The notes below the pieces were generated by a model. It saw only the letters and a list, made by a program, of their open reading frames with translations, did no database searches and was not told where the DNA came from. Both the position numbers and the translations under genes were made by a program. A DNA stretch of 64,000 nucleotides from Candidatus Falkowbacteria bacterium (GTDB lineage Bacteria > Patescibacteriota > Patescibacteriia > Patescibacteriales > GWE2-39-37): assembly GCA_037137775.1 (NCBI GenBank), contig JBAXJQ010000001.1, positions 32,316 through 96,315 on the forward strand, read 5' to 3'. Within the stretch, counting starts at the first letter, position 1, and each line of letters begins with the position of its first letter. Shown piece by piece: positions 10,455 to 19,934 of this stretch.

Positions 10455-10639
10455 TTAGCACCCATTGGCGCGCTATCATGGAAGAATGTTGGTATTGCTT
10501 ATCACTGGGCGGTGCGTTTTTGGTCTTGCTGGAGCTAGTTTGGCCAGGCGTGGTTTTATCTGTCATAAATCTTGATTATTTCTTGCTTTTTTGGCTAATT
10601 TTTGGTATGATTTTATTATTAACGCCTCGAAAGGCTTAA
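10421..10639 (+). CDS. Hypothetical small membrane protein with two predicted TM helices; the true start may be the ATG at 10442
   Basis: Its hydrophobic helices and its position between the previous ORF and rmlC support it. There is no homology support. Confidence 0.25.
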   Translation: MAKNCTTMAKIISTHWRAIMEECWYCLSLGGAFLVLLELVWPGVVLSVINLDYFLLFWLIFGMILLLTPRKA

Positions 10640-10666
10640 AATAATTTTGCTAATATTAAAAGATAT

Positions 10667-11116
10667 ATGATAAACGAAGTCGTTATAAAACCGTTAAATC
10701 AATATAAGGATGATCGTGGTTGGCTAACAGAAATTTTCCGTAACGATGAGACTGAATTTCGACCGGAAATGGGTTATGTCAGCTTAACAAACCAGGGAGT
10801 GATTCGCGGTCCGCACGAGCACGTTGCTCAGGCGGATTGTTTTGTGTTCGTCGGTCCTGGCGAATTTGAACTTCATTTATGGGATCGACGTGATACAAGC
10901 AGTACGAATGGTGAGTATTTTAAAGTTACAGTCGGTGAGAATAATCCATCCATGGTAATTGTGCCCGCTGGCGTAGTGCATGGCTATAAATGTGTAAAGG
11001 GGCCAGCATATTCCATTAACTTGCCGGATAAATTATATAAGGGCGAAAAGAAACAGGAAGAGATAGATGAAATTCGTTGGGAAGAAAAAACGGATTCGCC
11101 ATATCATATCGAATAA
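10667..11116 (+). CDS. rfbC: dTDP-4-dehydrorhamnose 3,5-epimerase-like cupin (RmlC family)
   Basis: KDDRGWLTEIF and IRGPHEH...QADCFVFVGPGEFELHLWD are cupin motifs of RmlC. It is clustered with rmlB, rmlD and rmlA. Confidence 0.6.
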   Translation: MINEVVIKPLNQYKDDRGWLTEIFRNDETEFRPEMGYVSLTNQGVIRGPHEHVAQADCFVFVGPGEFELHLWDRRDTSSTNGEYFKVTVGENNPSMVIVPAGVVHGYKCVKGPAYSINLPDKLYKGEKKQEEIDEIRWEEKTDSPYHIE

Positions 11117-11125
11117 TTTTTTAAT

Positions 11126-11518
11126 ATGGACAATTGTATCTTTTGTAAAATCGTGGCTGGGGAAATACCATCTGCTAAGGTGTATGAAGATGATAAGGTG
11201 CTGGCATTTTTAGATATCAATCCGGTTAACTATGGCCATGCTTTAATAATCCCCAAAGCGCATCATCAAATGATGCCGGATGTACCGGATGATTTGCTGG
11301 CGTATTGCTTTGTGAAAGCAAAAGAGCTGATGGTAAAAATAAAAACTGCGCTCGGGGCTGATTTCGTTTCGGTGTCGGTGGCAGGCACGGAAATACCACA
11401 TTTTCATATTCACTTAATTCCGAGATACTATGATGACGGTTTGCATAGCTGGCCAATGAAGAAATACGAGGAGGGGAAGATAAATGAAATAGTTGATAAA
11501 ATAAAATTAAAAATATAG
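11126..11518 (+). CDS. HIT-family (histidine triad) nucleotide hydrolase/transferase
   Basis: The CxxC...HxHxHxx signature HFHIHLIPR and the IFCKIVAGEIP N-terminus are diagnostic. Confidence 0.8.
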   Translation: MDNCIFCKIVAGEIPSAKVYEDDKVLAFLDINPVNYGHALIIPKAHHQMMPDVPDDLLAYCFVKAKELMVKIKTALGADFVSVSVAGTEIPHFHIHLIPRYYDDGLHSWPMKKYEEGKINEIVDKIKLKI

Positions 11519-11520
11519 CC

Positions 11521-11793
11521 ATGAATAAATTTTTATCAATTGTTGTTTTGGAAAGTGTTTTTGTTGCTTTGTTTAATATACTTTTGGTTATCGGATATTT
11601 TTTTGCAGTGACTTGGATTTTTTCAAAATTAGCTCTTTTTATTGATAAAAAAAACATTAAAAATTTAATATTGAAAAAATTTACAAAAATTTTTATTGGA
11701 ATTTTGGTTTATACTATTGGTTTATTTATTTTTGGTAAAATTTTAAGCGAAGTCGGAAATTGGTTAGTTGCGCATAATTATATGGAAGGATAA
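11521..11793 (+). CDS. Hypothetical small membrane protein (90 aa, AT-rich)
   Basis: Two or three hydrophobic helices. It sits between the HIT gene and rmlB and has no homology support. Confidence 0.3.
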   Translation: MNKFLSIVVLESVFVALFNILLVIGYFFAVTWIFSKLALFIDKKNIKNLILKKFTKIFIGILVYTIGLFIFGKILSEVGNWLVAHNYMEG

Positions 11794-11797
11794 ATAT

Positions 11798-12763
11798 ATG
11801 AAATTACTCGTAACCGGTGGAGCAGGGTTTATTGGCTCCAATTTTATTCGTTATTGGCTGAGTAAGCATCCGAGCGATTCAATCGTAAATTTTGATTTGT
11901 TAACCTATGCCGGCAACTTGGATAGTTTGCGTGATATTGAAAATAATCCGAACTATAGTTTTGTAAGAGGCGATATTTGCGATGCCGGTGCTGTTCGCGA
12001 TGCAATAAAAGGTGTTGATATTATTGTGCATTTTGCGGCTGAGTCACATGTTGATCGGTCAATTGATAATGCGAGTCCGTTTATTCACACCAATGTCCTG
12101 GGAACGCAAGTTTTATTGGATGCCGCTAGGCATCATGGTAACACCCGCTTTCATCATGTTTCAACGGACGAGGTTTTTGGCTCCCTTGATATTGATGATC
12201 CTAAGTTTAACGAAAATACACCCTACGATCCACGTAGCCCATATAGCGCTTCTAAAGCGGCCTCAGATCATTTAGTGCGCGCCTATTGGCACACTCATAA
12301 GTTGCCAATAACTATTTCTAATTGTACAAATAATTATGGCCCGTACCAATATCCAGAGAAGCTAATTCCATTATTTATTACTAATTTATTTGACGGCAGA
12401 AAAGTACCGGTCTATGGCCGCGGTTCGAACATCCGAGATTGGATTTATGTTGATGATCACAACGCCGGCGTAGAGGCGATAATTTTGAAAGGTAAAATTG
12501 GGGAGACTTATTGCTTGGGTGGTGAAAATGAATTGAGCAATTTAGAAATTACTAATGATATCTTACAATTAATGCATCAGGGTGAAGAGATGATAGAATA
12601 TGTTGAAGACCGTAAAGGCCACGATTTGCGCTACGCCATGGATATTAGTAAGGCCAAACGCGAGTTGGAATGGTATCCAAAGATTGATTTTAAAACCGGA
12701 CTGGTAAAAACACTTAATTGGTATAAAGAAAATCAAGAATGGTGGCAAGCCTTAAAAAAATAG
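11798..12763 (+). CDS. rfbB: dTDP-glucose 4,6-dehydratase
   Basis: MKLLVTGGAGFIGSNF Rossmann N-terminus and the YSASKAASDH catalytic YxxxK. The start is taken at the ATG at 11798, preceded by GGAAGGA. Confidence 0.9.
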   Translation: MKLLVTGGAGFIGSNFIRYWLSKHPSDSIVNFDLLTYAGNLDSLRDIENNPNYSFVRGDICDAGAVRDAIKGVDIIVHFAAESHVDRSIDNASPFIHTNVLGTQVLLDAARHHGNTRFHHVSTDEVFGSLDIDDPKFNENTPYDPRSPYSASKAASDHLVRAYWHTHKLPITISNCTNNYGPYQYPEKLIPLFITNLFDGRKVPVYGRGSNIRDWIYVDDHNAGVEAIILKGKIGETYCLGGENELSNLEITNDILQLMHQGEEMIEYVEDRKGHDLRYAMDISKAKRELEWYPKIDFKTGLVKTLNWYKENQEWWQALKK

Positions 12764-12773
12764 ACACAACATC

Positions 12774-13637
12774 ATGAGAATAGTTATTCTGGGCGCGCAA
12801 GGCAATTTGGGTCAACAATTGGTGACAGTATTTAAATCCAATACGCTAAATGAAGTAATTGGCTGGGATAAAGGCGAGATCGATATTACGGATCAGGGCT
12901 TGGTGAAGAAAAAAATAGCAGATTTAAAACCGAATGTAATTATTAATGCGGTAGCATATAACGCGGTTGACCAAATGGAATCTGACGAAGGCTTTGAGCT
13001 GGCCAAAAAACTGAACGCGACTGCGGTTGGATATATAGCGCAAGCTGCGCTGGATAACAACGCGGTGATTGTGCACTATTCAACTGATTATGTCTTTGCT
13101 GGTGATAAAACAGAAGGCTACACGGAAAGCGACCAGCCGAGTCCTATTAGCCGCTATGGTGAAAGTAAGTTAATGGGTGAGCAGGAAATCATCCGCTTGA
13201 GTGGTCGTGGGTTAAAATGGTATTTGATTCGTACTTCAAAATTGTTTGGCCCGAAAGGCGAAAGCGAGGTGGCGAAACCAAGTTTTTTTGATGTAATGCG
13301 CAAATTAGGTGAAGAAAAAAAGGAATTGGAAATCGTGGATGAAGAAATGAGTTGTTTTACCTATACGCCAGATTTGGCCGCACAAACTAAGGAAATAGTG
13401 GAAGGGGATTACGGCTATGGAATTTACCATGTGGTTAATTCTAAACCAGTCACCTGGTTTCAAGCTGCTCAATTTATGTTTCGCCAGATTGGTAATAAAA
13501 TAAAATTAATTCCAGTGTCGAGCGAAAAATTTCCTCGACCAGCCAAGCGGCCAAAGTATTCGGTTTTAGTTTCAACTAAGTTGAAAAAGATGAGAAGTTA
13601 TCAAGACGCTTTAAAAGAATATTTGAGTATTAAATAA
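12774..13637 (+). CDS. rfbD: dTDP-4-dehydrorhamnose reductase
   Basis: MRIVILGAQGNLG N-terminus and YGESKLMGE (YxxxK) fit the RmlD family. It follows rmlB. Confidence 0.8.
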   Translation: MRIVILGAQGNLGQQLVTVFKSNTLNEVIGWDKGEIDITDQGLVKKKIADLKPNVIINAVAYNAVDQMESDEGFELAKKLNATAVGYIAQAALDNNAVIVHYSTDYVFAGDKTEGYTESDQPSPISRYGESKLMGEQEIIRLSGRGLKWYLIRTSKLFGPKGESEVAKPSFFDVMRKLGEEKKELEIVDEEMSCFTYTPDLAAQTKEIVEGDYGYGIYHVVNSKPVTWFQAAQFMFRQIGNKIKLIPVSSEKFPRPAKRPKYSVLVSTKLKKMRSYQDALKEYLSIK

Positions 13638-13641
13638 AATA

Positions 13642-14043
13642 ATGAAAAAACAATTTAAAATAACGTTACTTGTTTTAATACTTATTGTCATTTCAGTTTT
13701 ATATTATTTCATTATTGATTCAGAAACGTATATTGAATGCAAAGAAAAAACGTTTGATGCATTTTTATGTGATTCAAAAGGATTTATTGGTGATATTAGA
13801 ATATTTTCATGTCCTTGTGGCAACGGTAAGACTAAAATCGCTACCGATTTTATCTTATCTCCAGGTGCTTTTGACGCTTTAGATTTAGATCCTAAAACAT
13901 TAAAATACGACAAGTCAAATAAAATTTATTCAGATAAAAACGGAATCTATAAATATGAATGCACAGATGCATGCGCAGGGCGTCACCCTTGCGTGATTGA
14001 TCCATCGGTAACCTGTTCACTTAATATATTGAAAAAATATTAG
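13642..14043 (+). CDS. Cys-rich small membrane-anchored (signal-anchor) protein, paralogue 1
   Basis: The N-terminus MKKQFKIT with a TM is followed by a 9-Cys domain (SCPCGNGK, DKNGIYKYECTD). It is a paralogue of 14178..14633. The locus is AT-rich relative to its flanks. Confidence 0.5.
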   Translation: MKKQFKITLLVLILIVISVLYYFIIDSETYIECKEKTFDAFLCDSKGFIGDIRIFSCPCGNGKTKIATDFILSPGAFDALDLDPKTLKYDKSNKIYSDKNGIYKYECTDACAGRHPCVIDPSVTCSLNILKKY

Positions 14044-14054
14044 TAATTATCACT

Positions 14055-14144
14055 ATGAAATGAATAATCTTGTCTGGTGGATCAGGTACACGCTTGCCAT
14101 TATTAACAAATATAACTAACAAGCAACTTTTGCCATTACTATAA
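14055..14144 (+). pseudogene. Decayed duplicate of the rmlA 5' end (about 90 nt, stop at codon 3)
   Basis: atgaaaTGAataatcttgtctggtggatcaggtacacgcttgcca...aagcaacttttgcca aligns at roughly 75% identity with the true rmlA start at 14666 (atgaaaggcattatactctctggtggctcaggcacgcgtttgcgg...aagcaacttttaccg). Confidence 0.6.
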
Positions 14145-14177
14145 GACTTAAAACAATGTATTTGTATAAAATAAATT

Positions 14178-14633
14178 ATGTCAAAACAATTTAAAATTAC
14201 TATAATTATTTTAACAATATTTTTAGCTTTGTTTTTGATTTATTTTTTGTCATTATTGGGTGTTGTTGATTTTATTAAGTTAAAGGAAGAAATGTTTCCA
14301 ACTTATTATAGTGAGAAATTTGAAAATGAGGGCTGGTCATGTAAAACCGTCCGCGATATTGAAGAAAAAAATGGTAATATTGTAATTATTGCTGAATGTG
14401 ATTGTGGTAAATTATTATTTAATTGTAAGATTGCAGGATATTTTGAGGATTCTGAATTTAGAGACTTTAAAAATGTAGAAGCAAAATCTTTGCAGTATAA
14501 TAATACCTTGGAAATGTATGAGGATAAAAATGGTTTTTATAATTTTGAATGTATGGGCGATAATGTTGGCAGTCGTTTAACTGACGGAAAAACTGAGCAT
14601 ATTTGTTCTCTTGAATTAGTTAAGAATAAATAA
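14178..14633 (+). CDS. Cys-rich small membrane-anchored protein, paralogue 2
   Basis: The N-terminus MSKQFKIT with a TM is followed by a Cys-rich domain (ECDCGK, DKNGFYNFEC) that can be aligned with the 13642..14043 product. Confidence 0.5.
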   Translation: MSKQFKITIIILTIFLALFLIYFLSLLGVVDFIKLKEEMFPTYYSEKFENEGWSCKTVRDIEEKNGNIVIIAECDCGKLLFNCKIAGYFEDSEFRDFKNVEAKSLQYNNTLEMYEDKNGFYNFECMGDNVGSRLTDGKTEHICSLELVKNK

Positions 14634-14665
14634 GTGATTGAATTAACTAGATTAATTATAATTTT

Positions 14666-15391
14666 ATGAAAGGCATTATACTCTCTGGTGGCTCAGGCAC
14701 GCGTTTGCGGCCACTGACTAAAATTACGAGTAAGCAACTTTTACCGGTATACAACAAGCCGATGATTTATTATCCGCTGAATACTTTGATTACCGCGGGC
14801 ATTAAAGAGATTTTAATAATTGTAGCACCAGAGCGGGCAGGGGATTATTTGAATCTGCTTGGATCCGGTAAACAGTTTGGGGTGAAGTTTACCTATGAAA
14901 TTCAAGATAAACCGGCAGGCTTGCCCGAGGCGTTTATCATTGGTGAGAGTTTTATTGGCAAAGATAATGTGACTATGATTTTAGGGGATAATATTTTTGA
15001 AGATAATTTTGCCAAAGAGATTAAAAAATTCAAGAAGGGTGGAAAGGTGTTTGCTAAGCATGTGCCGGATCCAGAGCGGTTTGGCGTGGTAAAGTTTGAT
15101 GCTAATCTGCAAGCTGTACAAATTGAAGAAAAGCCAGAACAGTGGATTAGTGATTATGCACTAACCGGATTGTATGTTTATGACAATCGCGTTGTTAAAG
15201 TAGCGAAAGAATGCCAACCAAGTGCTCGAGGCGAGCTGGAGATTACTGATTTACATCGATGGTATATGGACAAAGGCGTGCTTGAAGTTGCTATGGTAAA
15301 TGGAGAATGGCTTGATGCTGGTACCTTTGAGAGCTTATTAAAGGCGCAAAATTTTGCCAAGGATAAATTGGTAGACAAAATGGTAATTTAA
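14666..15391 (+). CDS. rfbA: Glucose-1-phosphate thymidylyltransferase (short form)
   Basis: MKGIILSGGSGTRLRPLTKITSKQLLPVYNKPMIYYPL is the canonical RmlA N-terminus. Confidence 0.85.
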   Translation: MKGIILSGGSGTRLRPLTKITSKQLLPVYNKPMIYYPLNTLITAGIKEILIIVAPERAGDYLNLLGSGKQFGVKFTYEIQDKPAGLPEAFIIGESFIGKDNVTMILGDNIFEDNFAKEIKKFKKGGKVFAKHVPDPERFGVVKFDANLQAVQIEEKPEQWISDYALTGLYVYDNRVVKVAKECQPSARGELEITDLHRWYMDKGVLEVAMVNGEWLDAGTFESLLKAQNFAKDKLVDKMVI

Positions 15392-15393
15392 TC

Positions 15394-16338
15394 ATGAACG
15401 AATCAAAACAAATTTGGGCAGGATTTATAACCTATGGCAAGGCCACGAGTGCCTATTTGCCTTTTTTTCTTGAGTCTTTACAAAATCAAATAGGAGTTAA
15501 TCTTAAAATTGTTTGTGTAGACAATTCAGAAACTGCCGATGATAATTTAGAAATTCTTAAAATCCACCCCGAAATTGAAATTTTATCCCGAGGGCAAAAT
15601 TTTGGTTTTGCCAAGGGCTACAATCTAATGATTAGTCAGGCAGCTAATGCCGGAGCTGAATATTTTTTAACGCTCAATGTTGATGTGTTGCTCGAGCTGA
15701 ATACGGTAGAAAAATTGGTAGCAGCCATATTGCAGGATGAAAATATTTCAGCCGTGTGCCCCAAGCTGTTGCGTTGGGATTTTCTACAAAACAAAAAAAC
15801 AAATATAATCGATAGTTGTGGCATAGCGCTGCTTTCAGGTTTACGTTTTGTGGATTTAGGGCAAGGTGTTGTTGATAATGGGCAATATGATAATGCTACC
15901 ATATTTGGCGTTTCAGGTGCGTTGGCTTTGTATCGCCTTTCGGCATTAGAAAAGTGCAAGGATCAGTTCGGCTATTTTGACGAAAGAATGTTTATGTATA
16001 AAGAGGATTGTGATTTGGCTTATCGGTTACAGCTGGCGGGTTTTAAGGCAGAATTAGTCTCCCAGGCGATCGCCTATCATGATCGGACAACCTCAGGTAA
16101 AGGAACGTTTTGGCTACAGGTAATAGCAAGTCGTAAGCAAAAAAGTTTTCGAACCAAATTGTGGTCGGCTGTTAATCAGCAAATATTAATTAAAAAACAT
16201 TGGCGAGCGTTATCATTAATTCAAAAAGCTCACGTTTTAGAACAAGAGTTGAAGTTACTGGGATACACAGTTGTGTTTGAATTTAAAATATTTCGTGCCC
16301 TAACTAAATATTGGCTTTCAGGCGATATTATTAAATAG
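15394..16338 (+). CDS. Family 2 glycosyltransferase
   Basis: The GT-A fold shows VCVDNSETAD (DxD-like), and the C-terminal region resembles rhamnosyltransferase-type GT2 enzymes. Confidence 0.7.
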   Translation: MNESKQIWAGFITYGKATSAYLPFFLESLQNQIGVNLKIVCVDNSETADDNLEILKIHPEIEILSRGQNFGFAKGYNLMISQAANAGAEYFLTLNVDVLLELNTVEKLVAAILQDENISAVCPKLLRWDFLQNKKTNIIDSCGIALLSGLRFVDLGQGVVDNGQYDNATIFGVSGALALYRLSALEKCKDQFGYFDERMFMYKEDCDLAYRLQLAGFKAELVSQAIAYHDRTTSGKGTFWLQVIASRKQKSFRTKLWSAVNQQILIKKHWRALSLIQKAHVLEQELKLLGYTVVFEFKIFRALTKYWLSGDIIK

Positions 16339-16341
16339 CAT

Positions 16342-17205
16342 ATGACCGAGTTGTCAATCATTATTGTCTCGTGGAATGTTAAGGAAAAATTACGGGAAAA
16401 TCTAACTGCACTATATCAAAGTGTTGGTGACTTAGGCTTGGAGGTATTTGTGGTTGATAACCATTCACATGACGGTACGGTTGCCATGATTCAACAAAGT
16501 TTTCCTCGAGTACGGCTAATCCCAAATAATCACAATCTCGGGTTTGCTAAGGCAAATAATCAAGCGCTTCGCCAAGCAGAAGGCAAGTATGTATTGCTGC
16601 TTAACCCTGATATGAAAGTGCTGCCTGACACTTTGCAAAATATGGTTAATTGGATGGATGCTAATCCTCAGGCCAGCCTGGCCGGTTGCCACTTAGTTGA
16701 TCAAAATTTAAATACTATTTTACACGTACGGCAATTTCCTACGCTTAATGATCAATTAGCCATTGTCTTGAAATTGCCTCATTTATTCAAACATATTTTA
16801 AAAAATTATCTGCAAGAAAATTTTGACTATACTAAGGCGGCAAAGGTAGATTCGGTTAGAGGCGGCTTTTTTATGTTACGACAAAAAACGATTGAAAAAA
16901 TTGGGTTGCTTGATGAGCAATATTTTATCTGGTTTGAAGAGGTGGATTATTGCAAGCGGGTGTACGCTCAAGGAGGCGAGGTGTGGTATACGCCTACGGC
17001 AACTTGCATTGATTATGTAGGACAGAGCTTTAAGCAAGTAAAAAACCGAACGACGCAAGCGTATTTTAAATCGAGTATGTTAAAATATTTTTTAAAGTGG
17101 CAGCCTAAATGGCAATATTATGTTTTGTTACTTGCTTGGCCATTCGGCCAAACATTGGCGTGGGTGGGTGGTTTGTTTCATTTTGCTCGAAAGGCTAAAA
17201 CATAA
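16342..17205 (+). CDS. Family 2 glycosyltransferase
   Basis: [28 protein letters not shown] and the motifs around [31 protein letters not shown] are all GT2 features. Confidence 0.75.
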   Translation: MTELSIIIVSWNVKEKLRENLTALYQSVGDLGLEVFVVDNHSHDGTVAMIQQSFPRVRLIPNNHNLGFAKANNQALRQAEGKYVLLLNPDMKVLPDTLQNMVNWMDANPQASLAGCHLVDQNLNTILHVRQFPTLNDQLAIVLKLPHLFKHILKNYLQENFDYTKAAKVDSVRGGFFMLRQKTIEKIGLLDEQYFIWFEEVDYCKRVYAQGGEVWYTPTATCIDYVGQSFKQVKNRTTQAYFKSSMLKYFLKWQPKWQYYVLLLAWPFGQTLAWVGGLFHFARKAKT

Positions 17206-17206
17206 T

Positions 17207-18061
17207 ATGATGAAAAAATTTATTTTATTTTTTGGTATACTTTTATTTACTGCTGGTTGCGGTAAGATTGAGCCTGCTCAAAAAACCATATTAACCCCAG
17301 GTCTGGATGGTATTAAGAAGGCTAGAGCGATAAACACTTCAAGCAGAGAACGAGCCGAAGAAATGAATCAATTGCTCGATGTAAAAGCGGCCACCGAAAT
17401 TAAAATGGCTTCACCGGTCGCCAAAACTTATCTGGTAACCCGAGTGATTGATGGTGATACAATTGATGTAAGCATAAATCAAAAAAATGTCCGAGTTAGG
17501 CTGATTGGCATTAACACGCCAGAGACTGTTGACCCGCGTCGACCTGTAGAATGTTTTGGCCAAGAGGCTTCAAAAAAAGCCAAAGAATTACTTTTAAACA
17601 AAATGGTTAGTTTAGAGATGGATATTTCTCAGTCGGATAAGGATAAATATGGCAGATTACTACGCTATGTAAGAGTCGGCGATGTGTTTGTTAACCTTGA
17701 AATGATTACCCAGGGCTTTGCATATGAGTATACCTACATTACACCTTATAAATATCAAAAATCATTTAAACTCGCTCAAGCTGAGGCGCGAACTGCGAAG
17801 CGCGGTCTGTGGGCGGATGGAATTTGTGGTCAAAAAAACAGTACAACCAAAATCATTTCGGTAACCAGTACCACATCATCAATAAGCAAGACGTGTCTCA
17901 TTAAAGGCAATATCAGTAGCAAGAAAGAAAAAATTTATCACATACCTAATTGTGTCTATTATAAAAAAACCGTTATTAATCCAACAGCAGGTGAAGAATG
18001 GTTTTGCAGCGAGGCCGAGGCTAAAGCAGCCGGATTTCGCAAGGCGTTAAATTGCACGTAA
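17207..18061 (+). CDS. Secreted lipoprotein thermonuclease (SNase/micrococcal-nuclease-like) with a C-terminal Cys-containing domain
   Basis: Lipobox LLFTAGCG, then SNase motifs VIDGDTIDV...[10 protein letters not shown]...RYVRV. The C-terminal module is [23 protein letters not shown]...[16 protein letters not shown]. Confidence 0.7.
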   Translation: MMKKFILFFGILLFTAGCGKIEPAQKTILTPGLDGIKKARAINTSSRERAEEMNQLLDVKAATEIKMASPVAKTYLVTRVIDGDTIDVSINQKNVRVRLIGINTPETVDPRRPVECFGQEASKKAKELLLNKMVSLEMDISQSDKDKYGRLLRYVRVGDVFVNLEMITQGFAYEYTYITPYKYQKSFKLAQAEARTAKRGLWADGICGQKNSTTKIISVTSTTSSISKTCLIKGNISSKKEKIYHIPNCVYYKKTVINPTAGEEWFCSEAEAKAAGFRKALNCT

Positions 18062-18066
18062 CCGAT

Positions 18067-19122
18067 ATGTCTAAAGTCGCCGTTATTATATCGCCAAATT
18101 GGAGGGATTATGGTCGCAAATATTTGCCGGATTGTTTGGCGAGCGTACGAGCACAGCGATACGCAGGAGAAATTAAACTGTTTTTAATCGATAACGAAAG
18201 CACGCCAGAAAGCCTTGGTTTCTTAAAATCATTAGCACCTGAAGCAGAAATAATTGTTCATAAAAAAAACACCGGCTTTGCCGAGGCGCACAATCCGGCC
18301 ATGGCCAGAGCGATTGAATCTGGTTGTAAATATGTTATTTTATTCAACATTGATACGATTGTTGAGCCAGAAGCAGTGAGCGAGATGGTTAAAACGGCTG
18401 ATCAAAATGAACAAATTGGAGCGGTTCAGGCTAGGCTGATGTTGTGGCCAGACAAAACAAAAATCAACAGTTTAGGAAACTGCACTCACTTTCTTGGCTT
18501 TGGCTATTGTGCTGGGTATCGCGATGAAATATCAAGTCATTCACTCCAAAATGGATCAAAAATTTTTTACCCCTCCGGTGCAGCTGTTTTGTTTCGTGCA
18601 GATGTCTTAATGCAAGTTGGGCTATTCGATGAAGTGTATTGGATGTATGCCGAGGATCAGGATATTGCCTGGCGTATTTGGTTGGCAGGATATAGCTGTG
18701 TCTTAGCCGCTGATGCGGTAGTATTTCACAAATATGAATTTAGTCGCAGTACTAAAAAATATTATTGGATGGATCGGAATCGAATTATTACCATTATTAA
18801 AAATTATCATTGGCTGACTCTGCTAATTATATTTCCCGCCCTGGTTTTAATGGAATTTGGCTTGTTGTTTTTTTCACTTACCAATGGGTGGTTTGGACAA
18901 AAATTAGCGTTGTATGCTTATTTTTTACGACCCAAAACGTGGCAATATTTAGTTTACGCCAGACAAAAAACCCAATCCTTGCGCAAAGTGCCGGATAAGG
19001 CCATAATATCATTAATAAGTACTAGTATAGGCTATCAAGAAATCGATTCTTGGTCTAATCGGTTGGCAAATTGGTTTTTTACCTTATATTGGTCAATAAT
19101 TAAGCCATTAATTAGATGGTAA
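18067..19122 (+). CDS. Family 2 glycosyltransferase with a C-terminal membrane segment
   Basis: VAVIISPNWRDYG and LIDNESTPES fit a GT2 GT-A domain, and C-terminal TM helices follow. An ATG at 18067 is preferred over the TTG at 18052. Confidence 0.7.
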   Translation: MSKVAVIISPNWRDYGRKYLPDCLASVRAQRYAGEIKLFLIDNESTPESLGFLKSLAPEAEIIVHKKNTGFAEAHNPAMARAIESGCKYVILFNIDTIVEPEAVSEMVKTADQNEQIGAVQARLMLWPDKTKINSLGNCTHFLGFGYCAGYRDEISSHSLQNGSKIFYPSGAAVLFRADVLMQVGLFDEVYWMYAEDQDIAWRIWLAGYSCVLAADAVVFHKYEFSRSTKKYYWMDRNRIITIIKNYHWLTLLIIFPALVLMEFGLLFFSLTNGWFGQKLALYAYFLRPKTWQYLVYARQKTQSLRKVPDKAIISLISTSIGYQEIDSWSNRLANWFFTLYWSIIKPLIRW

Positions 19123-19129
19123 GCGTAAT

Positions 19130-19924
19130 ATGGATTTGAGTATCGTAGTAGTTAATTTTAATACCAGAGAAAAGCTGGCAAGATGTTTAGAATCAATTGC
19201 CAAATCCGATTTGTCTGATTTAGCGACTGAGGTGATTGTGGTTGATAACCATTCTACAGAATATATTGGAGAAATGCCTCAAATGTCAGGTATTAGTCTT
19301 GCATTGATTAAAAATGACTCAAACAAAGGCATGGGTGCCGGTAATAATGTCGGCATTAAACAAGCGATTGGTGAATTTATTTTAGTGTTAAACCCCGATA
19401 CTGGGTTAGCCTCGGACGCGATACGACACATGGTAATTTATTTAAAATTACACGACGCAGTCGGTGTGGTTGGTCCCAAATTGATTTATCCGGATGGTAG
19501 TCCGCAGGCATCCTGTTTTCATTATCCCAACATATTTTTGCCATTGCTAAGAAGAACTTTTTTTGGTAAACTTGCTCCCATACAGTTAGCGCATTTTATG
19601 ATGACTGACAGTGATTTGAGAATACCACAAAGTGTTGATTGGGTTATGGGTTCTTGCATGATGTTTGCGAAAAAAGTTTTGGATCAGGTTGGTTTGTTTG
19701 ATGAACGCTTTTTTATGTATTTTGAAGATACGGATTTATGCCGTCGGATTACTTGCGCTGGCTTCGGCGTTGTATATTTGCCCGAAGCAGTAGTAACGCA
19801 TCATCATGGACGAGCCAGTGCCAAAGAACACTGGTATGTTTCCCCCTTTATTAATAAAATGTCACGTATACATATTGCCTCATGGTTGAAGTATTTTTGG
19901 AAATGGCGGCAGGGTAGGGCGTGA
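19130..19924 (+). CDS. Family 2 glycosyltransferase
   Basis: LSIVVVNFNTREKL, VVDNHSTE and FFMYFEDTDLCRR are GT2 rhamnosyltransferase-like motifs. Confidence 0.75.
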   Translation: MDLSIVVVNFNTREKLARCLESIAKSDLSDLATEVIVVDNHSTEYIGEMPQMSGISLALIKNDSNKGMGAGNNVGIKQAIGEFILVLNPDTGLASDAIRHMVIYLKLHDAVGVVGPKLIYPDGSPQASCFHYPNIFLPLLRRTFFGKLAPIQLAHFMMTDSDLRIPQSVDWVMGSCMMFAKKVLDQVGLFDERFFMYFEDTDLCRRITCAGFGVVYLPEAVVTHHHGRASAKEHWYVSPFINKMSRIHIASWLKYFWKWRQGRA

Positions 19925-19934
19925 TGCACTTTTT

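Noticed and set aside
10217-10465. 82-aa minus-strand ORF
   Set aside because: It is antisense to the 3' end of the 479-aa gene and has no signals.
11768-11797. N-terminal extension of rmlB (MRIIIWKDKY)
   Set aside because: The Rossmann N-terminus starts at the ATG at 11798, which has an RBS. The extension is not conserved in the family.
17120-17206. N-terminal extension of the nuclease ORF
   Set aside because: It overlaps the 3' end of the upstream GT2 gene in another frame. The lipoprotein signal begins at the ATG at 17207.
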